This document shows positions 1-9,655 of a DNA stretch of 32,000 bases, one piece after another. The notes under the pieces are model-generated. The model searched no databases and was not told the DNA's origin. It worked only from the letters and a program-made list of their open reading frames with translations. Within the stretch, counting starts at the first letter, position 1; each line of letters starts with the position of its first letter. Where the stretch lies: the NCBI RefSeq assembly GCF_014652915.1, contig NZ_BMZS01000012.1, forward strand, positions 33,231-65,230, read 5' to 3'. The translations under genes and the position numbers were made by a program. The stretch is from Thalassobaculum fulvum. Lineage in GTDB: Bacteria > Pseudomonadota > Alphaproteobacteria > Thalassobaculales > Thalassobaculaceae.

Positions 1-507
1 GCCGAGTTCCTGATCGAGAAGAAGAAGGCCGGCCAGTTCCGGACCTTCTGGAACGGCTTCCAACAGGGCGTGGACCTGCTGGCCTCGGGCGAGGTGGCGA
101 TGATGTCGTGCTGGGAGCCGATCCAGCGCGTCGCCGCCAAGAAGTCCGGCCAGGACATCGTCTACGGGACGATGAAGGAGGGCCATCAGGTCTGGAACAA
201 CATCCTCATGCTGACGACGGACGCGGCCAAGGCCGGCAAGGACGAGGCGTTCTACAAGGTCGCCGACACCGTTCTGTCGCCCTGGTACACGACGCGCCAG
301 CTGTCGCGCTTCGGCTTCGCGTCGCTGACCACCGGGATGGTCGACTACATGGAGGCGCACGCCGGCGAGTTCGACGTGGCCGATCTCAAGGCGACTTTGA
401 AGCGCAAGGAGCAGCGCTACGCAGTGGCCGGCAACGCTTGGCAGAACGTCTATCCGACGCATCTGCGCACCTACCAGGAATGGTGGTCGCGGGTCCAGGC
501 CGCCTGA
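1..507 (+). CDS. Periplasmic solute-binding protein of a PotD/PotF-type ABC importer (5' end outside window)
   Basis: Frame 1 is open from nt 1 (AEFLIEKKKAGQFRTFWNGF...) and runs into ORF 70..507. Two permease genes and an ATPase gene follow 10 nt downstream. Family call rests on overall resemblance and operon context only. Confidence 0.75.
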   Translation, partial: AEFLIEKKKAGQFRTFWNGFQQGVDLLASGEVAMMSCWEPIQRVAAKKSGQDIVYGTMKEGHQVWNNILMLTTDAAKAGKDEAFYKVADTVLSPWYTTRQLSRFGFASLTTGMVDYMEAHAGEFDVADLKATLKRKEQRYAVAGNAWQNVYPTHLRTYQEWWSRVQAA

Positions 508-517
508 GGCAGGGACG

Positions 518-1426
518 GTGAAGGCTTCGGGGCCAGGGGGTGCCGGGCGCGGCATCCTCTGGCGCCGGCTCGTGGCCGACGACGGTCCCGGCCGGCTGCT
601 GTTCTATCTGCCGGCCGTCTTCATGACGGTGTTCTTCCTGGTACCGCTCGGGCTGACCCTGGTCTGGAGCGTGTTCGAGCGCACCATGTTCTGGATGAAG
701 CCGGGGTTTACGCTCGCGGCCTACGGCGACTTCTTCCTGTCCGGGCGGATCGACAGCTTCCTGAACTCGGTGCAGTCCGGGCTGGCGACCGTGGCGCTGG
801 CGTTCGCGCTCGGCTTTCCGATCGCGGTGTTCGTGCGCCGCTCGCTGCCGCCGGCGGCGCAGCACAAGGCGGTGCTGCTGTTCATCCTGCCGTTCATGAT
901 CTCCGAGGTGATCAGGCTGTTCGCCCTGCGGCCGGTGCTGGGTCGCAACGGCATCATCAACGACGCGCTGATCGGCAGCGGGCTGATCGACGCGCCACTG
1001 GACTGGCTGATCTTCACCCCGACCGGGGTGGTGATCGGCGAGGTGCTGTCGTTCCTGCCGTTCATGGTGTTCTGCGGGTTCCTCGCGATGGAGGGGGTCC
1101 CGGATTACGTCTTCGAGTTGTGCAGCGACCTGGGCAGCGGCGTCGTGCGGACCTTCGTGCGGGTGATCGTTCCGCTGGCGGCACCGGGCATCTTCGCCGC
1201 GACGCTGTTCATCTTCGTCAACAGCCTCGGGCTGTTCCTGGTGCCCGACTTGCTGGGCGGCCCCGGCGCCGCCAACGCCGGGACCCTGGTGGTGAACGCG
1301 ATCTCGGCGCTCGACTTCCCGCTGGCGATGGCGATCGCCGCCGTGATGGTGGCGATGATGATCGTGCTGCTGCTGATCGGCCACCGGCTGTTCGACATCA
1401 CCCGCATCCTGCAGCCCTACCGCTAG
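518..1426 (+). CDS. ABC transporter permease (PotB-like)
   Basis: 302-aa ORF with a GTG start just after the binding-protein stop. Multiple hydrophobic spans (LLFYLPAVFMTVFFLVPLGLTLVW, VIGEVLSFLPFMVFCGFLAM). Operon position fits. Confidence 0.85.
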   Translation: MKASGPGGAGRGILWRRLVADDGPGRLLFYLPAVFMTVFFLVPLGLTLVWSVFERTMFWMKPGFTLAAYGDFFLSGRIDSFLNSVQSGLATVALAFALGFPIAVFVRRSLPPAAQHKAVLLFILPFMISEVIRLFALRPVLGRNGIINDALIGSGLIDAPLDWLIFTPTGVVIGEVLSFLPFMVFCGFLAMEGVPDYVFELCSDLGSGVVRTFVRVIVPLAAPGIFAATLFIFVNSLGLFLVPDLLGGPGAANAGTLVVNAISALDFPLAMAIAAVMVAMMIVLLLIGHRLFDITRILQPYR

Positions 1427-1439
1427 AACCGCGGCCGCC

Positions 1440-2264
1440 ATGACCCACGACTACGAGAATCCCTGGGGATACCGGCTGAAGTGGCTGTACATGCTGACGG
1501 TGGTCGGCGTGCTGATGCTGCCGGTCTTCTATACGCTCTACATCTCGTTCAACTACGGCGGCTTCGGTGCCGCCGAGTACGAATTCACCTGGCTCTGGTA
1601 CCGGACCCTGTTCGAGAACCAGGAGATCCGCACCACCCTCGGCTGGACGGCGCTGATCGCCGTCATCGTGGTGGCCTGCACCATCCCGCTGGCGCTGCTG
1701 GCGGCCAAGTTCTACCAGCGCACCCGCTTCAAGGTGCCGTTCGTGTTCCTGATGCTGATGCCGCTGTTCGTGCCGGCCGACGTCACCGCCGCCGCCCTGC
1801 TGGTGTACTTCAAGAACCTCAACACCCTCACGGAGTCGGTGCTCGGGCTGGCCATGTTCGAGCTGTCGCTGTGGACCGCGGTGATCGGCCAGATCACCTG
1901 GTGCCTGCCTTACGCCTTCGTGGTGATCCTGGTGACCATGGCCCGGTTCCGGCCGGAACAGGCCGAGGCCGCCCGCACCTGCGGGGCCAATGCCTGGCAG
2001 GCGTTCTGGCACGTCGAGTTCCCGCAGATCCGGGCCGGGGTGTTCGCCTCGACGGCCTTCGTGGCGATCCTGTCGTTCAACGAGTACGTCCGCACAAACT
2101 TCCTGAAGGGCGGCTTCGACACGTTCCCAACCTATCTGGTGTCCTACATGCTGAATACCGGGATGACGCCCGAGGTCTATGCCATGGCCGGGCTGTTCAC
2201 CGTCGTGTCGATGAGCGTGGTGATCGTCGTCCTGGCCACCACGATGCTGCGGGAGCGGTCATGA
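1440..2264 (+). CDS. ABC transporter permease (PotC-like)
   Basis: 274-aa hydrophobic multi-span ORF. Its stop overlaps the ATPase start (ATGA at 2261-2264), indicating translational coupling. Confidence 0.85.
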   Translation: MTHDYENPWGYRLKWLYMLTVVGVLMLPVFYTLYISFNYGGFGAAEYEFTWLWYRTLFENQEIRTTLGWTALIAVIVVACTIPLALLAAKFYQRTRFKVPFVFLMLMPLFVPADVTAAALLVYFKNLNTLTESVLGLAMFELSLWTAVIGQITWCLPYAFVVILVTMARFRPEQAEAARTCGANAWQAFWHVEFPQIRAGVFASTAFVAILSFNEYVRTNFLKGGFDTFPTYLVSYMLNTGMTPEVYAMAGLFTVVSMSVVIVVLATTMLRERS

Positions 2265-3361
2265 CGGTCCAGGAGAGCGCCGCCCGAACCCGGCCGGTGC
2301 CGGCGGTCGAGGCCGAGGGCATCGCCAAGAACTACGGGTCGGTGACGGCGCTGAAGCCGACCAGCTTCGCGATTCCGGCGGGCAGCTATTTCGTGCTGCT
2401 GGGGCCGAGCGGCGGCGGCAAGACCACCACCCTGCGGATGATCGCCGGTCTGATCCGCCCGACCGGCGGCCGGGTGCGGATAAACGGGGCGGACGTGACC
2501 GATCTGCCGGCGGACCGTCGCGACACCTCGATGGTGTTCCAGGGGGCAGCCCTGTTCCCGCACATGACGGTCGAACAGAACGTCGCCTACGGGCTCACCC
2601 TGCGGCGTCTGCCGCGCGACCGGATCCGCTCCGAGGCGCTGGAGATGCTCAAGCTGGTCGGGCTGGCCGGGTTCGAACGTCGGCGTCCGCACGAGCTTTC
2701 CGGCGGCCAGCAGCAGCGGGTCCAGCTTGCCCGCGCGCTGGTCCTGAAGACCTCGGTGATCCTGCTCGACGAGCCGCTGGCCGCCCTCGACGCCCAGCTT
2801 CGCCGCGACATGTGCTTCGAGCTGAAGCATATCCAGGAAAGCGTCGGCATCACCTTCGTGCACGTGACCCACAACCAGGAAGAGGCGATGACCGTGGCCG
2901 ACGAGATCGCCCTCATCGCCGACGGCGAACTGGTCGAGCGGGGCACGCCCGAGCACATGTACGAGACGCCGGAGCGGCGCTTTACCGCCGGGTTCATCGG
3001 CGAGAACACGCTGCTGGACGGCATCATCCACGGCCACGGCCAGGAGGCGCGGCTGGTGATCGCGGAGGGGCTCGAGATCCCGCTTCCGAACGCTCCGGTG
3101 GGCGAGGGTCGGCCGGCGTCCGTCTCGATCAAGTCGGAGGACTTCCGGCTCGCCCCCGAGGCGGTTGACGCCGTAAGCGCCCCGGTCGAGGTGGTCGACG
3201 TGTTCTATCTCGGCTTCTCGACGGTCATGCACGTTCGGTTGCCGGACGGCCGGCCGGCTACCGTGCGCTCCACGACCGGCGCCCTGCCGACCCGCTTCCG
3301 GAGCGGCGACCGTGCCGTGCTCTCGTGGCGCCCGGAGGCGGTACGCCTTCATCTCGCCTGA
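2261..3361 (+). CDS. ABC transporter ATP-binding protein (PotA-like)
   Basis: ATG 2261 lies in the frame of ORF 1481..3361; the upstream 260 codons overlap the permease and are not coding. Walker A GPSGGGKTT, signature LSGGQQQRVQLARAL, Walker B ILLDEPLAALD, H-loop VTHNQEEA, plus a C-terminal regulatory tail. Confidence 0.9.
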   Translation: MTVQESAARTRPVPAVEAEGIAKNYGSVTALKPTSFAIPAGSYFVLLGPSGGGKTTTLRMIAGLIRPTGGRVRINGADVTDLPADRRDTSMVFQGAALFPHMTVEQNVAYGLTLRRLPRDRIRSEALEMLKLVGLAGFERRRPHELSGGQQQRVQLARALVLKTSVILLDEPLAALDAQLRRDMCFELKHIQESVGITFVHVTHNQEEAMTVADEIALIADGELVERGTPEHMYETPERRFTAGFIGENTLLDGIIHGHGQEARLVIAEGLEIPLPNAPVGEGRPASVSIKSEDFRLAPEAVDAVSAPVEVVDVFYLGFSTVMHVRLPDGRPATVRSTTGALPTRFRSGDRAVLSWRPEAVRLHLA

Positions 3362-3363
3362 GC

Positions 3364-3384
3364 CGTCTGCTGCGGCAGAGCGGC
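3364..3384. terminator. Weak candidate bidirectional hairpin between convergent genes
   Basis: ccgtctgc-tgcg-gcagagcgg forms an imperfect stem (5 bp, one bulge, 3 bp). No T-run follows. It lies between the ATPase stop (3361) and the GFA gene stop (3421). Confidence 0.25.
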
Positions 3385-3420
3385 ATCTCGTGCGGGCCGC
3401 AGTCTCGTGCGCTTCTATGC

Positions 3421-3813
3421 CTACTCCTCGAACCGGCTGGTCGCGTCGCGGTCGCGCTCGTACCGCCGCTCGAGCGGAAACGGCGGCAGCCAGGATTCCC
3501 GGCGGACCGTCCAGAGCTCATAGGTCGGCGTCAGCTGGTCCGGGGCGTCCATGGAGCCCAGGTTGACCTCGGTCTCGTCGCCGCTGCGCCCGAACACGGT
3601 GGAGCCGCACTCGGGGCAGAACGACCGGCCGGCGTATTCGCGCGTCTCGCCCTCGATCGTCACCGCCTCGCTGGGAAAGATCGCCGAGGCGTGAAACAGC
3701 GCGCCGTGATGCTTGCGGCAGTCGAGGCAGTGGCAGAGGCCGACCCGGTACGGGCGCCCCACGGCCACGAACCGGACCTTGCCGCACAGGCAGCCGCCGG
3801 TGAACCGGCCCAT
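3421..3813 (-). CDS. GFA-family (glutathione-dependent formaldehyde-activating / CENP-V-like) Zn-binding protein
   Basis: 130 aa from ATG 3813 inside ORF 3421..4878(-). The cysteine pattern GGCLCG, CHCLDCRK, CPECGS is typical of the GFA fold. Confidence 0.8.
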   Translation of the reverse strand: MGRFTGGCLCGKVRFVAVGRPYRVGLCHCLDCRKHHGALFHASAIFPSEAVTIEGETREYAGRSFCPECGSTVFGRSGDETEVNLGSMDAPDQLTPTYELWTVRRESWLPPFPLERRYERDRDATSRFEE

Positions 3814-3869
3814 GTCGCGTCTCCATCCGTGTCGATCGGCCCGGATCGTAGCAGCGTATCCCGTGGGGC

Positions 3870-5480
3870 TTAACCGTCGTTCAGGATCAGGTCGCTGGCG
3901 CGTTCGCCGACCATCATCGACGGCGCGTTGGTGTTGCCGGACGGGATGGTCGGGAAGATCGAGGCGTCCGCCACCCGCAGCCCGCCCAGGCCGTGCACCC
4001 GCAGGGTTGCGTCCACCACGTCGCGCGCCGGGTCGGGGCCCATGCGACAGGTGCTGCACGGGTGGTACACGGTCACGCCGGTCTCGCGGACGTAGGCCAG
4101 CAGTGCCTCGTCGCCGTCCACGGACGGGCCGGGCAATTCCTCCTCGGCGATCAGCGCCTGCATCGCCGGGGCCGCGGCCAGCCGGCGCATGAACCGCACG
4201 CCCTCCAGGTTCTCCCGCAGGTCGTGCTCGGTCGCCAGGTAGTTCGGCTGGATCAGCGGCGGCTCGCTCGGGTCGGCCGAGCGCAGCCGGAGGTGGCCGC
4301 GGCTGGTCGGCCGGCACTGCGAGATGCTGGTCAGGAAGGCCGGGAACGGGTCCGGGTTCATCAGCGGCCGGGTGCCCGGTGGCGCCTTGCGGTAGCTGAC
4401 CGGCGAGAAGTACAGCTGGATGTTCGGGCGGCTCAGTTCCGGCCGGGTGCGGATAAAGCCGCCGGCCTGGTTGAGGCTGAGCGCCAGCGGGCCGCGCCGC
4501 GCCAGCACGTATTTCAGACCGGCCCACAGCTTGCCGTACCAGGGATGAAGCTGCTGGTTCAGGGTCGGCCGGGTCGAGCGGTAGATGAAGTCGACGCAGT
4601 AGTGGTCCTGCAGGTTGCGGCCGACCGCCGGGCTGTCGTGCACCACCGTCAGCCCGAGCGCCGCCAGCTCGGCGGCCGGCCCGACCCCGGACAGCATCAG
4701 CAGCTGCGGCGAGTTGATCGCACCGCCGGCCAGCACGACCTCGCGCGCGGCGCGTGCCGTCTCGGTCCGGTCGCCGCGGCGATACTCGACCCCGACCGCG
4801 CGCCGCCCCTCGAACAGGATCCGGGTCACCGTCGCGCCGGTCTGGATCCGCAGGTTCGGGCGGCCGCGGGCCGGCCACAGCCAGGCCCGCGCAGCCGACA
4901 TCCGGCGGCCCTGGTGGATCGTCAGGTGGTAGGGGCCGACGCCCTCCTGGCTGGCCCCGTTGAAATCGCGGTTGCGCGGCACGCCGAGCGCCTCGCCGGC
5001 GGCCATGAAGCTTTCGCAGCTCTCGTGCAGGTCGGGCTCAGGGCAGGACACGTGCAGCGGCCCGTCGCCGCCGTGGTGCTCGCTCGCGCCCCAGGCATGG
5101 CTCTCCATCCGCCGGTAGACCGGCAGCACGTCGTCCCAGCCCCAGCCGGGGTTGCCGGCGGCCGCCCAGTCCTCGTAGTCCTCGGCCTGGCCGCGGATGT
5201 AGACCATGGCGTTGATCGAGCTCGATCCGCCGAGCACCTTGCCGCGTGGCCAGTAGCTGCGGCGCCCGCCGGTCGCGGCATCGCCCTCGGCCATGTACAT
5301 CCAGTTGACCGCGGGGTCGTAGAACGACTTGCCGTAGCCGATCGGTACCTGCAGCCAGAACCGCCGGTCGTCGCCGCCGGCCTCGAGCAGCAGCACCGAA
5401 TGCCGGCCGCTCTCCGACAGCCGGGCGGCCAGCGCCGACCCGGCCGAGCCGGCGCCGACGACGATGTAGTCGTAGCTCAA
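3870..5480 (-). CDS. GMC-family FAD oxidoreductase (choline/alcohol dehydrogenase-like)
   Basis: 536 aa from TTG 5480, with GGAGG upstream and a TTGA overlap with the stop of the upstream gene. N-terminal FAD fold YDYIVVGAGSAGSALAARLSE..LLLEAGG, then GKVLGGSSSINAMVY, and a C-terminal HPCSTCRMG...ASIFPTIPSGNTNAPSMMVGERASD. Confidence 0.9.
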   Translation of the reverse strand: MSYDYIVVGAGSAGSALAARLSESGRHSVLLLEAGGDDRRFWLQVPIGYGKSFYDPAVNWMYMAEGDAATGGRRSYWPRGKVLGGSSSINAMVYIRGQAEDYEDWAAAGNPGWGWDDVLPVYRRMESHAWGASEHHGGDGPLHVSCPEPDLHESCESFMAAGEALGVPRNRDFNGASQEGVGPYHLTIHQGRRMSAARAWLWPARGRPNLRIQTGATVTRILFEGRRAVGVEYRRGDRTETARAAREVVLAGGAINSPQLLMLSGVGPAAELAALGLTVVHDSPAVGRNLQDHYCVDFIYRSTRPTLNQQLHPWYGKLWAGLKYVLARRGPLALSLNQAGGFIRTRPELSRPNIQLYFSPVSYRKAPPGTRPLMNPDPFPAFLTSISQCRPTSRGHLRLRSADPSEPPLIQPNYLATEHDLRENLEGVRFMRRLAAAPAMQALIAEEELPGPSVDGDEALLAYVRETGVTVYHPCSTCRMGPDPARDVVDATLRVHGLGGLRVADASIFPTIPSGNTNAPSMMVGERASDLILNDG

Positions 5481-6997
5481 GACGACCTCCCCCCGCCGGG
5501 CCGCGCCGGCTGCTCCGCCATCGCGGTCAGCAGCCGGGCGAGCGTGTCGACCCCGGCCTCGATCTCCGCCGGCTTGATGCCGCTGAAGCCCAGCACCAGG
5601 CCGTTCAGCGCCACCGGCTCCAGGCAGAACCGCCGGATCGGCGCCACCGTGATGCCGGCCGCGTCGGCGCGCCGGGCGACCTCGGCCTCCGGCAGGTCGG
5701 CGCGCAGGTGGCCGATGGTATGCAGACCGGTATCCGCCTCGACCACGTCCAGCAGCCCGGCCAACCGCTCGCGAGCCACGTCGATCAGCACCCGGTGGCG
5801 CTCCATGTAGGTGCGCCGCATGCGCCGCAGATGCGTCGCGAAATGACCCTCGTCCATGAACCCGGCGACGATCGCCTGGGCGTTCGAGGGGGCGCCCGGC
5901 AGGTAGGCGTTGAACACCTGCCTGAAGGTGTCGACCAGCGGCGCCGGGGCCAGCAGGTAGCCGAGGCGCAGCGCCGGGAACAGCGTCTTGCTGAAGGTCC
6001 CGACGTACAGCACGCGCTCGGCCCGGTCGACGCTCTTCAGGGCCGGCAGCGGGTGGCCGCCGTAGTGGAACTCGCCGTCGTAGTCGTCCTCGACGATCCA
6101 GGCATCGGCGGCCTCGGCGGCCGCCAGCAGCTGGAACCGCCGGGTCAGGCTCATGGTCACGCCGAGCGGCTGCTGGTGCGACGGCGTGACGAAGGCGAGA
6201 CGGAAGTCCGGCGCCGCCGCCTGGGCGTGCTCGACCACCATGCCGTCCCCGTCGACCGGCACCGGCACCAGCTCGGCGCCGGCCGCCACCAGGGCGTTGC
6301 GGGCGCCGATCGCGCCGGGGTTCTCGAACCACACCCTGTCGCCCTGGCGCAGCAGCACCGTGCCGATCAGGTGGAAGGCCTGCTGGGCGCCGTTGACGAT
6401 GAAGATCTGCTCGTCCTCGCAGGCGATCCCGTGGGTCGCCCTGAGGTGGGCGGCGATCGCCCGGCGCAGCGGAGCGTAGCCGGTCGGGTCGCCATAGCCG
6501 AGCACGACGTCGCGCTTGCCGCGCCAGTGCTTTGCGGTCTGGCGTGCCCACTGGGCGACCGGGAACATGTCGAGGGCGGGCAGGGCGGTGGTAAAGGCCC
6601 GCACGGTGTGCGGCAGCCGCTCGGCGAAGGCCGGCAGCGGCGGCCGGCGATCCCGATCGGGCCCCGACTCGACCGGCGCCCTGGCGGGAACTTCCGGCCC
6701 GCTCGACGGCACCGGCCGGTTGGAGTCCAGCGCCGGGCTGACGAAGGTGCCGGCGCCGGTCCGCGACTCGACCAGCCCTTCGGCCACCAGCCTCTCGAAC
6801 ACCTCGACCATGGTGGTGCGCGACACGCCGAGCTCGTTCGCCAGCGTGCGGGTCGCCGGCAGCCGGTCGCCGGCGCGCAGGCCGCCGGCCAGGATGATGT
6901 CGCGCACGCCGTTGGCGATCTGGCTGGCCAGCGGGCGCGGCGAGGCCGGGTCGATCTTCACCGACTGCAGCAGTGCGCCGCCGGCCCGCTTGACCAT
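5477..6997 (-). CDS. MocR-subfamily GntR transcriptional regulator (wHTH fused to an aminotransferase-like PLP domain)
   Basis: N-terminal GntR wHTH ([41 protein letters not shown]) plus a ~350-aa fold-type-I aminotransferase-like domain ([18 protein letters not shown]; [18 protein letters not shown] with the expected Lys). Start placed at ATG 6997 (AGGGGG upstream). The ORF track's TTG 7030 is an alternative. Confidence 0.85.
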   Translation of the reverse strand: MVKRAGGALLQSVKIDPASPRPLASQIANGVRDIILAGGLRAGDRLPATRTLANELGVSRTTMVEVFERLVAEGLVESRTGAGTFVSPALDSNRPVPSSGPEVPARAPVESGPDRDRRPPLPAFAERLPHTVRAFTTALPALDMFPVAQWARQTAKHWRGKRDVVLGYGDPTGYAPLRRAIAAHLRATHGIACEDEQIFIVNGAQQAFHLIGTVLLRQGDRVWFENPGAIGARNALVAAGAELVPVPVDGDGMVVEHAQAAAPDFRLAFVTPSHQQPLGVTMSLTRRFQLLAAAEAADAWIVEDDYDGEFHYGGHPLPALKSVDRAERVLYVGTFSKTLFPALRLGYLLAPAPLVDTFRQVFNAYLPGAPSNAQAIVAGFMDEGHFATHLRRMRRTYMERHRVLIDVARERLAGLLDVVEADTGLHTIGHLRADLPEAEVARRADAAGITVAPIRRFCLEPVALNGLVLGFSGIKPAEIEAGVDTLARLLTAMAEQPARPGGGRSS

Positions 6998-7028
6998 GCA
7001 TGCCCCCTGCCGGCGGTCCGCCGGCCAC

Positions 7029-7085
7029 AAAATGGACTTCTACATTGTCGAAAATGGACCTTAAGTTCAAAGCCAATTTACGGCC
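7029..7085 (+). promoter_or_regulatory. Conserved operator/promoter element, copy 1 (putative MocR-type regulator binding site)
   Basis: aaaatggacttctacattgtcgaaaatggaccttaagttcaaagccaattta aligns with 9877-9932. The 18-nt core ttgtcgaAaatggacctt (7045-7062) matches 17/18. An internal direct repeat AAAATGGAC(T/C)T starts at 7029 and 7051 (22-nt period). It lies in the divergent region between the regulator gene and the enolase-family gene. Confidence 0.5.
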
Positions 7086-7170
7086 GTCTTGGAGGCGTCA
7101 CGGCGGGCAGGCTGGGCGAGTTCGCGCCAGGCTCGGGCGCGGTGACGGGGAGCGGATCGGAAGCACAGCC

Positions 7171-8280
7171 ATGAAGATCAGGACCATCGAAACCTTCGCG
7201 ACGCGCGACATCGGCTTCGTCCGGGTGACGACCGACGACGGCAGCCAGGGCTGGGGCCAGGTGTCGCCGTACCAGTCCGACATCTCCTCGCTGGTCCTGC
7301 ATCGCCAGGTCGCCCCCTATGCGCTCGGCGCCGACGCCATGGCGATCGACCCGCTCGTCGACCTGATCGTGGAGCGCGAGCACAAGTTCCCGGGTTCCTA
7401 TCTGCGCCGGGCGATCGGCGGCCTCGACACCGCGCTCTGGGACCTGCACGGCAAGCTGGCCGGCAAGAGCGTGTGCGAGCTGCTCGGCGGCACCCCGCGG
7501 CCGCTCCGGGTCTACGCATCCAGCATGCGGCGCGACATCTCCCCGGCGAACGAGGCCGAGCGGCTGGTCCGGCTGCGCGACGAATGCGGCTACGACGCCT
7601 TCAAGATCCGGGTCGGCAGCGAGTACGGCCACGACGTCGACGAGTGGCCGGGCCGCACCGAGGAACTGCTGCCGACGATCCGCAAAGCGCTCGGCGACCA
7701 GGCCGTCCTGCTGGCCGACGCCAACAGCTGCTACACCCCGGCCCGTGGCATCGAGGTCGGCCGGATGCTGAACGACCACGGCTTCGTCCATTTCGAGGAG
7801 CCCTGCCCGTACTGGGAGCTGGAGTGGACCAAGCAGGTGCGCGACGCCCTCGATCCGCTGGCGATCCAGGTGACCGGCGGCGAGCAGGACTGCGACCTGG
7901 CGCAGTGGCGCCGGATGGCGGCAATGCGGGCGGTCGACGTTCTGCAGCCCGACATCTGCTACCTCGGCGGCCTCAGCCGGACCCTGCGGGTCGCCAAACT
8001 GGCGGAGATCACCGGGCTGCCGTGCACGCCGCACTCCGCCAACCTGTCGATGGTGACGGTGTTCACCCTGCACATGATGGGCGCGATCCCGGCCGCCGGG
8101 CCGTATGTCGAGTTCACCATCGAGGACGCCGAGACCTGCCCGTGGCAGTTCGACCTGTTCACGCCGGCGCTGGTGGCGCGCGACGGCAAGGTGCAGATTC
8201 CGGACGGCCCCGGCTGGGGGGTCGAGATCAACCGCGACTGGCTCGAGCGGGCCGACTACCAGGCCAGCACGCTCGACTGA
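7171..8280 (+). CDS. Enolase-superfamily enzyme (mandelate racemase / muconate lactonizing enzyme family; dehydratase or epimerase of unknown substrate)
   Basis: 369 aa from ATG 7171, in frame with ORF 7000..8280. Barrel-domain motifs FKIRVG, LLADAN, HFEEP, GGEQD, DVLQPD, TPHS match the positions of the metal ligands and acid/base residues of the family. Confidence 0.85.
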   Translation: MKIRTIETFATRDIGFVRVTTDDGSQGWGQVSPYQSDISSLVLHRQVAPYALGADAMAIDPLVDLIVEREHKFPGSYLRRAIGGLDTALWDLHGKLAGKSVCELLGGTPRPLRVYASSMRRDISPANEAERLVRLRDECGYDAFKIRVGSEYGHDVDEWPGRTEELLPTIRKALGDQAVLLADANSCYTPARGIEVGRMLNDHGFVHFEEPCPYWELEWTKQVRDALDPLAIQVTGGEQDCDLAQWRRMAAMRAVDVLQPDICYLGGLSRTLRVAKLAEITGLPCTPHSANLSMVTVFTLHMMGAIPAAGPYVEFTIEDAETCPWQFDLFTPALVARDGKVQIPDGPGWGVEINRDWLERADYQASTLD

Positions 8281-8300
8281 CGCTCCGGGGGCGCCGCACC

Positions 8301-9596
8301 ATGACCGCCGACATCTTCACGTCCGACTTCAAGCCGACGCCGTACTGGTGGGAGCGGACGCCGCGTCCCGACCTCGGCACCCCGGAGCTGCCGGCGACGG
8401 TCGACGTGGCGGTGATCGGCTCCGGCTACACCGGCTTGTGCGCCGCTCTGCAGACCGCGCGCGGCGGACGCTCCACCCTGGTGCTCGACGCCGAGGACGC
8501 CGGCTGGGGCTGCAGCTCGCGCAACGGCGGGCAGATCAGCACCAGCATCAAGCCGGGCTTCGCCGAGCTGGCGCGCAGGCACGGCCCCGAGACCGCGCGC
8601 GCGATCCTGCGGGAGGGCCGCAACGCGCTGGCCTGGATCGAGGCGTTCGTCGGCGAGGAGGGTATCGATTGCGACTTCCGGGTGCCCGGCCGGTTCCATG
8701 CCGCGCATTCGGCCCGCAAGTACGAGGAGCTGGCCCGCGAGATCGCCGACCAGCCGAAGGGGCTGGAAGTGCCGGCCCATGCGGTGCCGCGGTCCGAGCA
8801 GCACCGCGAACTCGGCACCGACGCCTACTTCGGCGGGGTGGTGTTCGAGAAGCACGCCTCGCTCGATCCCGGGCGGTTCCACCAGGGCCTGCTGGAGCGG
8901 GTCGGCGCGGCCGGTGCCGCGGTGGTGCCGCACTGCCGGGTCGACGCGGTCGAGCGCGACGGTGCCGGCTTCGTGCTGACCACCGCCCGCGGCAGGGTCC
9001 GGGCCCGCGACGTGGTGGTGGCGACCAACGGCTACACCGGACCGGCGACCGGCTGGCTGCGCCGCCGGGTGATCCCGATCGGCAGCTACATCATCGCCAC
9101 CGAGCCACTGGCGCCCGCGGTGATGGACCGGCTGATGCCGACCGACCGGATCGTCAGCGACAGCCGCAAGGTGGTCTACTACTACCGGCCGTCGCCAGAC
9201 CGCACCCGCATCGTGTTCGGCGGCCGGGTCTCCAGCGACGAGACCGACCCGCTGAAGAGCGCGCCGCTGCTGCGCCGCGACCTGGTCGCCCTGTTCCCGG
9301 AGCTGGAGCGGGTGAAGGTCTCGCACTCCTGGATGGGGTTCGTGGCCTACACCTTCGACACCCTCGCCCATGTCGGCCGCCACGACGGGCTATACTACGC
9401 CATGGGCTACTGCGGCTCTGGGGTGTCGATGGCGGCCTATCTCGGCACCCGGGTCGGCCAGCAGGTGCTCGGCCTGGCCGAGGGTCGCACCGGCCTCGAC
9501 GCCGTGCCGTTCCAGACCCGGCCGCTCTATACCGGACGGCCGTGGTTCCTGGCCGCCTCGGTCGCTTGGTACCGCTGGCGCGACCGCTTCGGCTGA
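8301..9596 (+). CDS. FAD-dependent oxidoreductase (DAO family; gamma-glutamylputrescine/amine oxidase-like)
   Basis: 431 aa from ATG 8301, in frame with ORF 7473..9596. N-terminal dinucleotide-binding fold VDVAVIGSGYTGLCAAL. Starts 20 nt downstream of the enolase-family gene. Confidence 0.85.
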   Translation: MTADIFTSDFKPTPYWWERTPRPDLGTPELPATVDVAVIGSGYTGLCAALQTARGGRSTLVLDAEDAGWGCSSRNGGQISTSIKPGFAELARRHGPETARAILREGRNALAWIEAFVGEEGIDCDFRVPGRFHAAHSARKYEELAREIADQPKGLEVPAHAVPRSEQHRELGTDAYFGGVVFEKHASLDPGRFHQGLLERVGAAGAAVVPHCRVDAVERDGAGFVLTTARGRVRARDVVVATNGYTGPATGWLRRRVIPIGSYIIATEPLAPAVMDRLMPTDRIVSDSRKVVYYYRPSPDRTRIVFGGRVSSDETDPLKSAPLLRRDLVALFPELERVKVSHSWMGFVAYTFDTLAHVGRHDGLYYAMGYCGSGVSMAAYLGTRVGQQVLGLAEGRTGLDAVPFQTRPLYTGRPWFLAASVAWYRWRDRFG

Positions 9597-9655
9597 GCGG
9601 CCGAGGGCTGCGGCACAGGCGAGCCTCCCCGCTATTGCTTCTCCGGTGTTGCGTC

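Noticed and set aside
1481-3361. N-terminally extended versions of real genes in the ORF track (1481..3361, 7000..8280, 7473..9596, 20989..22488, 22578..25553, 25471..26916, 25800..27962, 29183..31828)
   Set aside because: The extensions overlap the preceding gene and lack homology-like sequence. Internal ATG starts that abut or overlap the upstream stop (2261, 7171, 8301, 21181, 23238, 25807, 26913, 30908) give canonical N-termini.
6998-7030. TTG 7030 as the start of the MocR-type regulator
   Set aside because: ATG 6997 has a good AGGGGG Shine-Dalgarno. The extra 11 codons would overlap the conserved operator half-site at 7029-7039. It is kept only as an alternative.
3870-7076. 1068-aa ORF on the minus strand that would be a single giant protein
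   Set aside because: Only the C-terminal 536 codons (from TTG 5480) show GMC-oxidoreductase motifs. The N-terminal half is Arg/Gly/Ala/Pro-rich low-complexity sequence and overlaps, out of frame, the well-supported MocR-type gene. It is an open-frame artefact of high GC.
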